Positions 39,321 to 54,777 of a stretch of DNA of 64,000 bases are shown piece by piece. Both the position numbers and the translations under genes were made by a program. Source of the stretch: Pseudomonadota bacterium (GTDB lineage: Bacteria > Pseudomonadota > Gammaproteobacteria > Burkholderiales > Burkholderiaceae_C); the NCBI GenBank assembly GCA_021830925.1, contig JAKBNS010000185.1:2975-66974 (forward strand), in the 5' to 3' direction. Every line of letters starts with the position of its first letter. Positions within the stretch are counted from its first letter, which is position 1. Under the pieces are notes generated by a model. That model worked only from the letters and a program-made list of their open reading frames with translations, had not been told where the DNA came from and ran no database searches.

Positions 39321-39830
39321 TCAGGGAAAGGCGGGGATGTCCGGGTCGACGCCCTCGGGCTGGGCTTCCGGGTGCTGGCGGCGCACCATCCGATCGATCT
39401 CCTCGACGCGGTTCGCGGGCACGTCGACCATCATCAGCAGCTTGCCCTGCTCGATGGCCTGCTCGTAGGGGCGCAGCCGCGGACTGTCCACGCTGACGCC
39501 GATCATGCTGCTGACCCAGGCGCCGACCGCGCCGCCGGCGACCGCCAGGCTGAGCACGATCGCACCGGCCGACACCACGGCCGCGCCCGGCACCGCGATG
39601 ACCACCAGGCCGGCCAGCGTGCCGGTGACCCCGCCCAGCCCGAGCCCGCGCTCGATGGCGGGGATCAGGTCGGACTTCTCGGCCAGGCCGGCCTCGGGCA
39701 GGTTGCCCAGCGGCGTGCCTTCACGCGCGACGACATGGATGGACTTCTCCGGCACGCGCGCCAGCAGCAGCTCGTCGACGATGGCCGAGGCCGAGGGTAC
39801 ATCCGGAACCAGGAAATAGAGGCGTCGCAT
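39321..39830 (-). CDS. Small membrane protein, DUF1269-like
   Basis: MRRLYFLVPD, Gly-rich TM hairpin, IEQGKLLMMVDVP. Confidence 0.65.
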   Translation of the reverse strand: MRRLYFLVPDVPSASAIVDELLLARVPEKSIHVVAREGTPLGNLPEAGLAEKSDLIPAIERGLGLGGVTGTLAGLVVIAVPGAAVVSAGAIVLSLAVAGGAVGAWVSSMIGVSVDSPRLRPYEQAIEQGKLLMMVDVPANRVEEIDRMVRRQHPEAQPEGVDPDIPAFP

Positions 39831-39885
39831 CGAGGGCTCCTTGGGCGGTTGGAGGAGGCGGCAGCGCGCGCCGCCGTGCCGTCGC

Positions 39886-41250
39886 TCAGCGTGTGTCCAG
39901 CAGCGCGCGGCGTAGCGTCTCGGCGAGCTGGTCGATCTGCGCGCGTTCGATGATCAGCGGCGGCGACAGCGCGATCGTGTCTCCGGTATAGCGCACCAGA
40001 GCCCCGAGCGCAAAGCAGCGCGCGAACACCTCCTGCCCGCGCAGGCCGGCGCCGTCGGCGCGGGCTTGCAGTTCCACCGCCCCCATGAGGCCGATGTTGC
40101 GGATGTCGCGCACGTGCGGCGCGTCGCGCAGCGCGTGCAGGGTCTGTTCCCAGTAGCTGTCCAGGCCGTCGCGGCGCACCCGGTCGAGCAGGCCTTCCTC
40201 GGCATACAGGCGTTGCGTGGCCAGCGTGGCGGCCGCGGCCAGCGGATGGCCGGAATAGGTGTAGCCGTGGGGCAGTTCGATGGCCCCCTCGGCGGCGGCG
40301 TCCAGCACGGTGTCGACCAGGTCCTCGCGCACGAACACCGCGCCCAGCGGCACGGTGCCGTTGTTGACCGCCTTGGCGGTGACCATGATGTCGGGCAGCA
40401 CGCCCAGCGCCTGCGCGGCGAAGGGCGCGCCCAGGCGCCCGTAGCCGGTGATCACCTCGTCGAACACCAGCAGCAGCCCGTGCTTGTCGCACAGCGCGCG
40501 CAGGCGCTGCAGATAGCCCTGCGGGGGCACCAGTACGCCGGTGGAGCCGGCCACCGGCTCGACGATCACCGCGGCGATGTTCGACGCATCGTGCAGTTGC
40601 ACGATGCGCTCGAGTTCGTCGGCCAGGTGCGCGCCCCAGCCCGGCTGGCCCCGAGAGAAGCCCTGGTGCTCCAGGTCATGGGTGTGCGGGAGGTGATCCA
40701 CGTTGGGCAGCAGCGCGCCGTGGAACACCTTGCGGTTGCCCGGGATGCCGCCCACCGAGATGCCGCCGAAGCCCACCCCGTGGTAGCCGCGCTCGCGCCC
40801 GACGAACACGTTGCGGTGCCCCTGGCCGCGCGCGCGGTGGTAGGCCAGCGCGATCTTCAGCGCGGTGTCCACGCTTTCCGAACCCGAGTTGGTGAAGAAC
40901 ACGCGCTTGAGCCGGCCCGGCGCGATATCCGACAGGACCTGCGCGGCTTCGAACTCCAGCGGATGCCCGAGCTGGAACGACGGGGCGTAGTCCATGCGCG
41001 CCGCCTGCTCCTGGATGGCGCGGGTGATCGGCTCGCGGCAGTGGCCGGCGTTCACGCACCACAGGCCGGCCACGCCGTCCAGGATCTGGCGCCCGTCGTC
41101 GCTGCGATAGTGCATGCCGCTGGCCTGCACCAGCAGGCGCGGGGCATTCTTGAAGGCGCGGTTGGCCGTGAAGGGCATCCACAGTGCCTGCATCGGCGCC
41201 GCCGGAGCGGCCGCCGGCCCGGGGGACCGGGAATTCTCGCGTACGTTCAT
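39886..41250 (-). CDS. Class III aminotransferase (omega-amino acid/beta-alanine:pyruvate type)
   Basis: LWMPFTANR, DGVAGLWC, FFTNSGSE, RGYHG, FDEVITG, PLP-lysine TAKAVNNG, HGYTYSGHP. Confidence 0.9.
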   Translation of the reverse strand: MNVRENSRSPGPAAAPAAPMQALWMPFTANRAFKNAPRLLVQASGMHYRSDDGRQILDGVAGLWCVNAGHCREPITRAIQEQAARMDYAPSFQLGHPLEFEAAQVLSDIAPGRLKRVFFTNSGSESVDTALKIALAYHRARGQGHRNVFVGRERGYHGVGFGGISVGGIPGNRKVFHGALLPNVDHLPHTHDLEHQGFSRGQPGWGAHLADELERIVQLHDASNIAAVIVEPVAGSTGVLVPPQGYLQRLRALCDKHGLLLVFDEVITGYGRLGAPFAAQALGVLPDIMVTAKAVNNGTVPLGAVFVREDLVDTVLDAAAEGAIELPHGYTYSGHPLAAAATLATQRLYAEEGLLDRVRRDGLDSYWEQTLHALRDAPHVRDIRNIGLMGAVELQARADGAGLRGQEVFARCFALGALVRYTGDTIALSPPLIIERAQIDQLAETLRRALLDTR

Positions 41251-41366
41251 GGAAAGTTTCTCCGAATGCGCAAACAATGTACGGGATCGACTTGGCCCTG
41301 GCGCGCATGCCGGATTGTCGGACTTGCGCTGCCGGGTGGTTCCGCTCTCTTGCGCGTCTTCAGCTC

Positions 41367-42152
41367 ATGGCTCTGGGTCTGTACATCATCGGTGACGAAA
41401 TCCTGTCCGGCAAGCGGCAGGACAAGCATTTTTCGCGCGTGCAGCAATTGCTGGCCGCCCGCGGCATGCAACTGCAATGGGCGCACTATCTGGGCGACGA
41501 TGCGCAGGTGCTGCGCGACGCCCTGCGCGCCAGTTTCGAGCGCGGCGACACGGTGCTGAGTTGCGGGGGTATCGGCGCCACGCCGGACGATCACACCCGC
41601 GCCGCGGCGGCGGCCGCGCTCGACCTGCCGCTGGAACTGCATCCCGAGGCGGCGGTGCTGATCCGCCAGCGCATCGCCACCGCCTCGCTGGGCGATCCCG
41701 ATTCCGAGGCCAATCGGCAGCGCCTGCAGATGGGAACCTTCGCGCAAGGTGCGCGGATCATTCCCAACCCCTACAACCAGATCCCGGGCTTTTTCATCCG
41801 CGAGCACTACTTCGTGCCCGGTTTTCCGGTGATGGCCTGGCCGATGATCGAGTGGGTGCTGGACACCCGGCTGCAGCATCTGCATCGCCCGGCCGGCTAC
41901 CTGGAGCGCGGACTCATCGTGCAGGGCGCGATGGAGTCGGAACTCACCCCGTTGATGCTGCGCATCGAGCACGAGCACGAGCAGGTCAAGGTGTACAGCC
42001 TGCCCAGCGTGGACGATGCCCAGTGGGGGCGGCACATCGAGATCGGCGTCAAGGGTGAACCCCAACGCGTGCAGGCGGCGTTCGACGTGCTCAGGCAGGG
42101 GTTGATCGCACTTGGCGCGAACATTCGCACCGAAACGGTGCGTTCTATCTGA
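41367..42152 (+). CDS. CinA-like molybdopterin-binding domain protein
   Basis: IIGDEILSGKRQD, GGIGATPDDHT, PGFP. Confidence 0.85.
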   Translation: MALGLYIIGDEILSGKRQDKHFSRVQQLLAARGMQLQWAHYLGDDAQVLRDALRASFERGDTVLSCGGIGATPDDHTRAAAAAALDLPLELHPEAAVLIRQRIATASLGDPDSEANRQRLQMGTFAQGARIIPNPYNQIPGFFIREHYFVPGFPVMAWPMIEWVLDTRLQHLHRPAGYLERGLIVQGAMESELTPLMLRIEHEHEQVKVYSLPSVDDAQWGRHIEIGVKGEPQRVQAAFDVLRQGLIALGANIRTETVRSI

Positions 42153-42191
42153 TAGGCACGAAAACGGGGCGTTGCGCACCATGGCGGTGCG
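42126..42191. promoter_or_regulatory. Two NtrC-type enhancer sites upstream of glnA
   Basis: CGCACC-GAAAC-GGTGCG (42126-42142) and CGCACC-ATGGC-GGTGCG (42175-42191) fit GCAC-N7-GTGC. Confidence 0.75.
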
Positions 42192-42300
42192 CATGGCGCA
42201 TCGTCGCCGCAGGCTCGCCGGGGCCTGGCGGCGTCGGCGAGCCCAGGCACGCAGGCCTTGCGCGCATCGGCGTTCGCCATGGTGCGAAATCACCGGGGCG

Positions 42301-42316
42301 TGGCATGGATTCTGCT
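42301..42316 (+). promoter_or_regulatory. Sigma54 (-24/-12) promoter of glnA
   Basis: TGGCATGGATTCTGCT with GG-N10-GC spacing, downstream of the NtrC boxes. Confidence 0.8.
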
Positions 42317-42443
42317 AGATTTGCGAGCAGGGTCGAGCGGGCCCGCTGGCGGTCGCGTGGGCGACCGCGCCGGGGTTCGCGACCGGGCCGAAGCCGCGGG
42401 CCGTTCCCTCCACACAACCGAACATCCATCTTGGAGAACTTGC

Positions 42444-43859
42444 ATGACCAAACAGGTTGCTGACGTACTGAACATGGTGAAGGAAAACGACGTCAAGTTC
42501 GTCGATTTCCGCTTCACGGACACCCGCGGCAAGGAACAGCACGTGACCGTGCCGGTGTCGGCGTTCGATGAAAGCAAGTTCACCCAGGGTCATGCCTTCG
42601 ACGGTTCCTCGGTCGCCGGCTGGAAGGGCATCGAGGCCTCGGACATGCTGCTCATGCCCGATGCCAACACCGCCAACATCGACCCGTTCATGGAAGAGAC
42701 CACGCTGCTGCTGCAGTGCGACGTGCTCGAGCCCGGCGACGGCAAGCCCTACGACCGCGATCCCCGCTCCATCGCCAAGAAGGCCGAGGCCTTCCTGAAG
42801 GCCTCGGGCATCGGCGACACCGCGTATTTCGGTCCGGAACCCGAATTCTTCATCTTCGATCAGGTGCGCTGGAACGTCGACATGTCCGGCTGCTTCGTGA
42901 AAATCGACTCCGACGAGGCCTCGTGGTCCACCGGCGAGAAGATCGAAGGCGGCAACATGGGCCACCGCCCGGCGGTCAAGGGCGGCTACTTCCCGGTGCC
43001 TCCGGTGGACAGCCTGCAGGACATCCGCTCCGAGATGTGCCTGATCCTGGAGCAGATGGGCGTGCCGGTGGAAGTGCACCACCACGAGGTGGCTGGCGCC
43101 GGCCAGTGCGAGATCGGCACCATGTTCTCCACCCTGGTGCAGCGTGCCGACTGGACCCAGGTGCTCAAGTACGTGGTGCAGAACGTGGCCCACAGCTACG
43201 GCAAGACGGCCACCTTCATGCCCAAGCCGGTGGTGGGCGACAACGGCTCGGGCATGCACGTGCACCAGTCGATCTGGAAGGACGGCAAGAACCTGTTCGC
43301 CGGCAACGGCTACGCGGGCCTGTCGGACTTCGCGCTGTACTACATCGGCGGCATCATCAAGCACGCCCGTGCGCTCAACGCCATCACCAACCCGGGCACC
43401 AACAGCTACAAGCGACTGGTGCCGGGCTTCGAGGCCCCGGTGAAGCTGGCCTATTCGGCGCGCAACCGTTCGGCGTCGATCCGCGTGCCCTACGTGCAAA
43501 GCGACAAGGCGCGGCGCATCGAGGTGCGTTTCCCCGATCCGACCTGCAACCCGTACCTGGGCTTCGCGGCCATGCTGATGGCCGGCCTCGACGGCGTGGA
43601 AAACAAGATCCACCCGGGCGAAGCCGCGAGCAAGAACCTGTACGACCTGCCGCCGGAAGAAGACGCGAAGATCCCGACCGTGTGCTCCAGCCTCGACCAG
43701 GCGCTGGGCTACCTGGACCAGGATCGCGGCTTCCTGACCCGCGGCGGCGTGTTCAGCAACGACTTCATCGACGCCTACATCGCGCTGAAGATGGAGGAGG
43801 TCACGCGCTTCCGCATGACCACCCATCCGGTCGAGTTCGACATGTACTACTCGCTGTGA
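42444..43859 (+). CDS. glnA: Glutamine synthetase type I
   Basis: [59 protein letters not shown]; GGAG RBS. Confidence 0.97.
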   Translation: MTKQVADVLNMVKENDVKFVDFRFTDTRGKEQHVTVPVSAFDESKFTQGHAFDGSSVAGWKGIEASDMLLMPDANTANIDPFMEETTLLLQCDVLEPGDGKPYDRDPRSIAKKAEAFLKASGIGDTAYFGPEPEFFIFDQVRWNVDMSGCFVKIDSDEASWSTGEKIEGGNMGHRPAVKGGYFPVPPVDSLQDIRSEMCLILEQMGVPVEVHHHEVAGAGQCEIGTMFSTLVQRADWTQVLKYVVQNVAHSYGKTATFMPKPVVGDNGSGMHVHQSIWKDGKNLFAGNGYAGLSDFALYYIGGIIKHARALNAITNPGTNSYKRLVPGFEAPVKLAYSARNRSASIRVPYVQSDKARRIEVRFPDPTCNPYLGFAAMLMAGLDGVENKIHPGEAASKNLYDLPPEEDAKIPTVCSSLDQALGYLDQDRGFLTRGGVFSNDFIDAYIALKMEEVTRFRMTTHPVEFDMYYSL

Positions 43860-43916
43860 TGTCCGCGTCCGTCAGGGCCCCTCGAGGGTCCGCGGCGGAC
43901 AGGGCAGGGAGCGCCG

Positions 43917-43956
43917 CCGGCGCCGCAGTCGCGAGATTGCGGCGCCGGTTTACTTT
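43917..43956 (+). terminator. Intrinsic terminator after glnA
   Basis: 14-bp stem CCGGCGCCGCAGTC/GATTGCGGCGCCGG (one G-U), loop GCGA, then TTTACTTT. Confidence 0.7.
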
Positions 43957-44034
43957 ACACTCGGGCACGTGTCCGTCCTCGTGCGGGCGCCGCCGATCAT
44001 GGCCGTTGACCGGTCCGTTCTTCCAGGGTTTGCG

Positions 44035-44553
44035 ATGCGCACCGTTGCCGTTGGCCGTCTTGTTCTCCTGACCTGTCTGGGCGCTGGCGCCATGGCCGCC
44101 GCTTCGGCGCAGGACGTCGATCCCAGTCGCGTGTACCGCTGCCCCGACAACTCCTACACCAACATGCTCAGCGTGGTGCGGGAGAAGAACTGCCAGCCGG
44201 TGGACAACGCCAACATCAGCGTGCTGGCCCCGACGCCGACGCCAACGCCGATCCCGGCACCCCGGGGGCGCCGCGCCCCGCGCCATGCCTCGGGCCCCGA
44301 CCAGGTGAGCTCCGGCGCGCAAAGTGAACGCGACGCCGAGGCCCGCCAGCTGCTGCAAAGCGAACTGCAGACGCAGCAGGCCAAGCTGGCCCAGCAGCTG
44401 CAGGAGTACAACAACGGGCAACCGCAGCGCCTGGGCGACGAGCGCAACTATCAGAAGTACCTGGACCGCGTGCAGGCGATGAAGCAGCAGATCGACCTGA
44501 CCAAGTCCAACATCGACGCGCTGCAGCGAGAGCTGCAGCATTATGCGAACTGA
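44035..44553 (+). CDS. Secreted DUF4124-like protein between glnA and ntrB
   Basis: Signal peptide, VYRC, Pro/Thr linker, coiled coil ending ERNYQKYLDRV. Start uncertain. Confidence 0.7.
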   Translation: MRTVAVGRLVLLTCLGAGAMAAASAQDVDPSRVYRCPDNSYTNMLSVVREKNCQPVDNANISVLAPTPTPTPIPAPRGRRAPRHASGPDQVSSGAQSERDAEARQLLQSELQTQQAKLAQQLQEYNNGQPQRLGDERNYQKYLDRVQAMKQQIDLTKSNIDALQRELQHYAN

Positions 44554-45667
44554 CGGTGTGAACGAGGCCGCCCTGTCAGCCTCCGGCGGTGAGGACGAGC
44601 AGCCGGGAGGTGCGTTGCACGCGGCGGCCGCACTCGACTGGCTGGCCACGATGGTCGCCGTGGTGGATGCCGACGGGCGGGTCGTGCATGCCAATGCCTC
44701 GCTGGAGGCGGGCCTGGGCCTGTCGCGGCGCCAGCTGCTGGGCCACGAGTTCGAGCACTGGCTGAGCCGCCACGGGCCGCTGCGCGAGGCCCTGCGCCAG
44801 GTGCGCGCGGAGGAGTTCTCCAGCAAGCGCTTCGACGACGCGATGATCGCCCGCGCCGGCGCGGAGGCGATTCCGGTGCAGGTGGTCGTCTCGCGCACCG
44901 ATTCGCCCGAGCTGCTGCTGGTCGAGCTGCTCGAGCTGGGCCAGCAAAGCCGCCAGGAGCGCGAGGAGCAGTGGCATCGCCAGGCACAGGCGAGCAAGGA
45001 CCTGATCCGCAACCTCGCGCACGAGATCAAGAATCCCCTGGGCGGCATCCGCGGCGCGGCGCAACTGCTGCAGTCCGAGCTGGACAGCCGCGAGCTGCGC
45101 GAGTACACGCGGGTGATCATCCACGAGGCCGACCGGCTGCAAAGCCTGGTGGACCGGCTGCTGGCGCCGCACCGGCGCCCCCACGTGGTGGCCGAACTGA
45201 ACATCCACGAGGTGCTGGAGCGCGTGCGCTCGGTGATCCTGGCCGAATTCCCGCGTGGCCTGGAGGTGGTGCGCGATTACGACGCCAGCCTGCCCGAGCT
45301 GCGCGGCGACCGCGAGCAGCTGATCCAGGCCGTGCTGAACATCGCGCACAACGCGGCGCTGGCGCTGGCCGAGCGCCGCGCCGCCGGGGACGCGCGCATC
45401 GTGTTCAAGACACGCATCGCACGCCAGGTCACGGTGGCCAAGCAGCGCCATCGCCTGGCATTGGTCTTGCATGTGACGGACAACGGCCCCGGCATCCCGG
45501 AACACATCAAGGATCGCATGTTCTTTCCGCTGGTCTCGGGGCGGGACGGTGGCTCTGGCCTGGGATTGTCCCTGGCGCAGACCTTCATCCAACAGCATCA
45601 GGGGACCATCGAGTGCGACAGCCAGCCCGGACACACCGACTTCCGCATCCTGCTGCCTCTGGCCTGA
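44543..45667 (+). CDS. glnL: Nitrogen regulation histidine kinase NtrB
   Basis: PAS, H-box LAHEIKNPLGGIRGAAQLL, DNGPGIP, GSGLGL. Confidence 0.95.
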   Translation: MRTDGVNEAALSASGGEDEQPGGALHAAAALDWLATMVAVVDADGRVVHANASLEAGLGLSRRQLLGHEFEHWLSRHGPLREALRQVRAEEFSSKRFDDAMIARAGAEAIPVQVVVSRTDSPELLLVELLELGQQSRQEREEQWHRQAQASKDLIRNLAHEIKNPLGGIRGAAQLLQSELDSRELREYTRVIIHEADRLQSLVDRLLAPHRRPHVVAELNIHEVLERVRSVILAEFPRGLEVVRDYDASLPELRGDREQLIQAVLNIAHNAALALAERRAAGDARIVFKTRIARQVTVAKQRHRLALVLHVTDNGPGIPEHIKDRMFFPLVSGRDGGSGLGLSLAQTFIQQHQGTIECDSQPGHTDFRILLPLA

Positions 45668-45686
45668 GCCGGGCGGGGGAGCTGCG

Positions 45687-47201
<1,515 letters not shown>

Positions 47202-47270
47202 ACCGCCCCGGCGTCGCGCCTGTCGCCTGCCGAGCCGCCTCGGCAGGGGGGCTCGGCCGCTGCGCCGGGA

Positions 47271-48047
47271 TCAGGCGCCGGGCGTGTCGAGCTCCACCCA
47301 CACCGGAGCGTGGTCGCTGGGGCGCTCGTTCTTGCGCGGCGCGCGGTCGATGCCACAGGCGCGTACGCCGGCGCGCAGCGCCTCGGAAACCAGTACGTGG
47401 TCGATGCGCAGGCCCTGGTTGCGCCGAAAGGCCAGGTTGCGGTAGTCCCACCAGCTCCAGCTTTTCTCGGGTTGCTCGAACAGGCGGAAGGCGTCCACCA
47501 GGCCCAGTTCGAGCAGTTTGCGAAAGTGGCCGCGCTCCTCGTCGGTGCAGTGGATCTTGCCCCGCCAGGCCTCGGGGTCGTAGACGTCGCGGTCCTCCGG
47601 CGCCACGTTGAAGTCGCCCAGCAGCACCAGCCGGGGATGCTCGGCCAGCTGCCCCGCCAGCCAGTCCTCCAGCGCTTGCAGCCAGCCCATCTTGTAGGCG
47701 AATTTCTCGCTGCCCGGCTCCTGGCCGTTGGGGAAATAGGCGCCGACCACCCGCAGGCCGCCGACGCTGGCCGCGATCATGCGCGCCTGCGGATCGTCCA
47801 GGCCCGGCAGGTTGCGCTGCACGTCCTCGGCCGGCGTGCGCGACAGCAGGGCCACGCCGTTGTAGGTGGGCTGCCCGAAACACTGCGCCTGCCAGCCGGC
47901 GGCCAGCAGTTCGGCATGGGGAAAGCGCGCGTCGACCAGCTTGGTCTCCTGCAGCACCACGATGTCCGGCTGCTGCGCGGCCAGCCAGTCGAGCAGTTGC
48001 GGCAGGCGCACGGCGAGGGAGTTGACGTTCCAGGTGGCGAGTTTCAT
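47271..48047 (-). CDS. xth: Exodeoxyribonuclease III
   Basis: ATWNVNS, LQETK, YNGVA, YFPNG, GDFN, LRIDH, SDHAPV. Confidence 0.95.
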   Translation of the reverse strand: MKLATWNVNSLAVRLPQLLDWLAAQQPDIVVLQETKLVDARFPHAELLAAGWQAQCFGQPTYNGVALLSRTPAEDVQRNLPGLDDPQARMIAASVGGLRVVGAYFPNGQEPGSEKFAYKMGWLQALEDWLAGQLAEHPRLVLLGDFNVAPEDRDVYDPEAWRGKIHCTDEERGHFRKLLELGLVDAFRLFEQPEKSWSWWDYRNLAFRRNQGLRIDHVLVSEALRAGVRACGIDRAPRKNERPSDHAPVWVELDTPGA

Positions 48048-48189
48048 GCGACGGGAGTTCGGGAGTGGAGCAGGGGGCGGGTGGCCGAAACCGTTTGACC
48101 TAAAACAAGATCGTGTGAAAAGTCAACCCCCTGTTTGTGGAAAATAAGCCGCAACCTGCTGCAAAGTTCACGGGAATCAGTTAACTTTG

Positions 48190-48276
48190 TGCTCACTTTG
48201 GCAAACCCGTCGAAAGGCGGGGACGCAAAGCCTCCGGTCTAACGGCAGAAATGCCCATGACAGCGGGGTTGCCGGC
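48190..48276 (+). ncRNA. c-di-GMP-I (GEMM) riboswitch aptamer
   Basis: GGCAAA-CCCGTC-GAAA-GGCGGG-GACGCAAAGCCTCCGGTCTAA...GACAGCGGGGTTGCC matches the hallmark GEMM elements (GAAA tetraloop stem, GACGCAAAG, CCGGxCTAA receptor, AGCGGGGTT). Confidence 0.92.
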
Positions 48277-48391
48277 GCGAGTGCGCGTCGTGACTTCTCA
48301 AGCTGTAGACGTATTGGCCGCTCAAACCGGCCGGATGGCAGCGTTGCCACGGTCCGCCCCGAATGGGGCGGGACCCCAGGGAGCAACCGCC

Positions 48392-50578
<2,187 letters not shown>

Positions 50579-50607
50579 TCCTGGCCATCCCGCGACCCCG
50601 TCGCGAG

Positions 50608-50634
50608 GCGCACGGCGGCGAGGCCGCCGTGCGC
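50608..50634. terminator. GC-rich hairpin between convergent genes
   Basis: 12-bp perfect stem GCGCACGGCGGC/GCCGCCGTGCGC, loop GAG; no U-tract. Confidence 0.4.
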
Positions 50635-50650
50635 GGCCTCCCGGGTTCCC

Positions 50651-52159
50651 TCAGGCCTCCAGCCGGAAGCGCTCCACGTTGACGCGCAGCGCGGCGGCCT
50701 GGCCGCGCATCTGCTCGGCGGTGGCGGCGAGTTGCTCGGAGGCCGAGGCGTTGTGCTGGGTGGCGGCGTTGACCTGGGTCATCGCCGTGTGGATCTGGGC
50801 GATGCCGGTGGACTGCGAGGCGCCGGCGGCGTCGATCTCGGCGATCAGGGTGCTGGTCTTGACGATGCTGGGCACCATCTGCTCCAGCAGCGCGCCGGCG
50901 GCCTCGGCCTGCTTGAGCGAGGAGGCGGCCAGCTGGCCGATCTCGCGCGCGGCGACCTGCGAGCGTTCCGCGAGTTTGCGTACTTCGCCGGCCACCACCG
51001 CGAAACCCTTGCCGGACTGGCCGGCGCGCGCCGCCTCGATGGCGGCGTTGAGCGCCAGCATGTTGGTCTGGTAGGCGATGTCGTCGACCACCGAGATGCG
51101 TTCGGCGATGGCGCGCATGTCCTGCAGCGTGCGTTGCACGGCCTCGCCGGTGCCGCGCGCCTGCTGCGCCGCCTGCTCGGCCATGGATGCGGTCAGGCGC
51201 GCGCTGTCGGCGCTGCTGCGCACCGAGTCCGCCGAGGCCTCCAGCGTGGCCGAGGTCTGCTCGATCGAGGCCGCCTGCTCCGAGGCCCCCTGCGATACGC
51301 TCTGCGCGGTCTCGGCCACCTGCTCGGAGGCCGTGGCCAGTTGGGTGGCGGTGGCGCGCACCTGGCCGATGGTCTCGCCCAGGCCCCGCACCATGTCGCG
51401 CATCGCGCTCAGCAACTGCCCGGTTTCGTCGGAGCGGCCGCGCGGCACCTGCAGCGCCAGTTCGCCGTCGGCGACGCGGTGCAGCACGCCGACGGCCAGT
51501 GCCAGCGGGCGGGTGATGGAGCGGGTGATGCTCACCGCCAGCAACGCGGCGATCAGCACCCCGGCCACGCCCAGGATGACGGCGAAGCCCAGGGCATGAT
51601 GGTAGGAGGCCAGCGCGCCGGCCATCGCGGCATCGTCGGCCTGTTTGCGCGAAGCGACGAAGTCCTGCAGCGCCGCCTGCCAGCGCGCCTGCAAGGGGCG
51701 CACGTCGCGCAGCAGGTGCACGGTGGCGAGCATGCCCTGGCTGTGCAGCGCGAAATCGACCACATGCTGCAGGCTCGCCGTGGTGCTGGCGGCGATCGTG
51801 GCGATCGCGGCCAGGCGCGCGCGGTCGGCCGGCGTGTGCGCGTAGCCGGCCAGCTGGCGCATCTGCAGCGCGTATTCCCGTTCCTGCGCGGCCAGACGTT
51901 TGGCCGCGCCCTGGATGGATGTCGGGTTGATCAGCAGCACCACGTCGCGCCCGGCCGAGCCGATCTTCTCGGTGCTCAGCAGGGCGCCGTCCGCCAGGCG
52001 TTCGGCGCGGGCGTGGGTTCCGGCCAGGGTCTGCAGGCTGCTCTTGAGTTGCTGCATGTCGTGCACGGCCAGCCCGAGCAGGCCGAGCAGCATCAGTACC
52101 AGCACGCCGAATCCCAGCGCGAGGCGGGGGCCGATGTTCAGTGTTCGGGTAGAAGTCAT
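50651..52159 (-). CDS. Membrane methyl-accepting chemotaxis protein (4HB sensor, HAMP, signalling domain)
   Basis: [11 protein letters not shown]1, TM2, [42 protein letters not shown]. Confidence 0.9.
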   Translation of the reverse strand: MTSTRTLNIGPRLALGFGVLVLMLLGLLGLAVHDMQQLKSSLQTLAGTHARAERLADGALLSTEKIGSAGRDVVLLINPTSIQGAAKRLAAQEREYALQMRQLAGYAHTPADRARLAAIATIAASTTASLQHVVDFALHSQGMLATVHLLRDVRPLQARWQAALQDFVASRKQADDAAMAGALASYHHALGFAVILGVAGVLIAALLAVSITRSITRPLALAVGVLHRVADGELALQVPRGRSDETGQLLSAMRDMVRGLGETIGQVRATATQLATASEQVAETAQSVSQGASEQAASIEQTSATLEASADSVRSSADSARLTASMAEQAAQQARGTGEAVQRTLQDMRAIAERISVVDDIAYQTNMLALNAAIEAARAGQSGKGFAVVAGEVRKLAERSQVAAREIGQLAASSLKQAEAAGALLEQMVPSIVKTSTLIAEIDAAGASQSTGIAQIHTAMTQVNAATQHNASASEQLAATAEQMRGQAAALRVNVERFRLEA

Positions 52160-52264
52160 GGCCCGAAAATGTAGGATTGCTACAAAATCCGGTCCACGGG
52201 GCTTACCCTGAATGCGCAAACATCCCGCGCATTCTTGTCGATTACGGCTATCTGTGAAAGTTTA

Positions 52265-53155
<891 letters not shown>

Positions 53156-53180
53156 CGCGGTTTCGGGGAAATGCCCGCCA

Positions 53181-54710
53181 TCAGGCGGTGGTCACCGGGA
53201 TCTTGCCGATGCGCGCCTGCCATTCGGCCGGGCCGGTCCGGTGCACCGATTCGCCCTGGGAATCCACCGCCACTGTGACCGGCATGTCGCGCACGTCGAA
53301 TTCGTAGATCGCCTCCATGCCGAGATCGGGGAAGGCCAGCAGGCGCGAACTCTTGATGGCCTTGGACACCAGATAGGCGGCGCCCCCGACGGCGATCAGG
53401 TAGGCGCTCCTGTGCTTGCGGATGGCCTCCAGCGCCACCGGCCCGCGCTCGGCCTTGCCGACCATGGCGATGAGACCGGTCTGCGCCAGCATGGTCTCGG
53501 TGAACTTGTCCATGCGCGTGGACGTGGTGGGGCCCGCGGGACCCACGGCCTCGTCGCGCACCGGATCGACCGGGCCCACGTAGTAGATCACCCGGTTGGT
53601 GAAGTCCACCGGCAGCTTCTCGCCCTTGGCCAGCATGGAGCTGATGCGCGCGTGGGCGGCATCGCGGCCGGTGAGCAGCTTGCCCGACAGCAGCAGGGTC
53701 TCGCCGGGCTTGAAGGCGGCGACCTGCTCGGGCGTGAGGGTATCGAGGTCCACGCGCCGGCTCTTCTGGGTGTCCGGGGTCCAGTGCACGGCGGGCCACA
53801 GGTCCAGGCTGGGCGGCTCGAGGTACACCGGGCCCTGCCCGTCGAGCACGAAGTGGGCATGGCGCGTGGCGGCGCAGTTGGGGATCATGGCCACCGGCAG
53901 GTTGGCGGCGTGGCAGGGCCAGTGGCGGATCTTCACGTCCAGCACGGTGGTCAGCCCGCCCAGGCCCTGGGCGCCGATGCCCAGCGCGTTGACCTTCTCG
54001 TACAACTCGATGCGCAATTCCTCGAAACGGTCGCTCGGGCCGCGGGTGAGCAGTTCGCTCATGTCGATGTCGTCCATCAGCGCCTGCTTGGCCATCAGCA
54101 TGGCCTTCTCGGCCGTGCCGCCGATGCCGATGCCCAGCATGCCCGGCGGGCACCAGCCGGCGCCCATCGTGGGCACGGTCTTGAGCACCCAGTCGACCAG
54201 GCTGTCCGAGGGGTTGAGCATGGCGAACTTGGACTTGGCCTCCGAGCCGCCGCCCTTGGCGGCGACCTGCACGTCCACCGTGTTGCCGGGCACGAGTTCG
54301 ACGTGCAGCACCGCCGGCGTGTTGTCGCGGGTGTTCTTGCGCTCGAACAGCGGGTCTGCGAGCACCGAGGCGCGCAGCTTGTTGTCCGGGTTCAGGTAGC
54401 CGCGGCGCACGCCTTCGTCGACGGCGTCCTGCAGCGAGCCGCTCAGGCCCTCGAAGCGCACGTCCATGCCCACGCGCAGGAACACGTTGATGATGCCCGT
54501 GTCCTGGCAGATCGGGCGGTGGCCTTCGGCGCACATGCGGCTGTTGGTCAGGATCTGCGCGATGGCGTCGCGCGCGGCCGGGCTCTGCTCGCGCTCGTAG
54601 GCCATCGCCAGGTGGCGGATGAAGTCGGCCGGGTGGTAGTAGCTGATGAACTGCAGCGCGGCGGCGATGGACTCCACCAGGTCTTCCTGGCGGATCACGG
54701 TGCTGGTCAT
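53181..54710 (-). CDS. Class I Fe-S fumarate hydratase
   Basis: ISYYHP, PICQDTG, AKGGGSE, GWCPPG, TGRDAAH, GPTTSTRMDKF, GKAERG. Confidence 0.93.
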   Translation of the reverse strand: MTSTVIRQEDLVESIAAALQFISYYHPADFIRHLAMAYEREQSPAARDAIAQILTNSRMCAEGHRPICQDTGIINVFLRVGMDVRFEGLSGSLQDAVDEGVRRGYLNPDNKLRASVLADPLFERKNTRDNTPAVLHVELVPGNTVDVQVAAKGGGSEAKSKFAMLNPSDSLVDWVLKTVPTMGAGWCPPGMLGIGIGGTAEKAMLMAKQALMDDIDMSELLTRGPSDRFEELRIELYEKVNALGIGAQGLGGLTTVLDVKIRHWPCHAANLPVAMIPNCAATRHAHFVLDGQGPVYLEPPSLDLWPAVHWTPDTQKSRRVDLDTLTPEQVAAFKPGETLLLSGKLLTGRDAAHARISSMLAKGEKLPVDFTNRVIYYVGPVDPVRDEAVGPAGPTTSTRMDKFTETMLAQTGLIAMVGKAERGPVALEAIRKHRSAYLIAVGGAAYLVSKAIKSSRLLAFPDLGMEAIYEFDVRDMPVTVAVDSQGESVHRTGPAEWQARIGKIPVTTA

Positions 54711-54777
54711 GGGTGCGGTCTCCGGGAGGCGGGAGGATCTTCGGGTTATCCCGGCATGTTAAGCCCGCCGCTCCGGC

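Noticed and set aside
48095-48108. FNR-like TTGAC-CTAA-AACAA upstream of the riboswitch
   Set aside because: Both half-sites are imperfect and no -10 element lies at class II spacing
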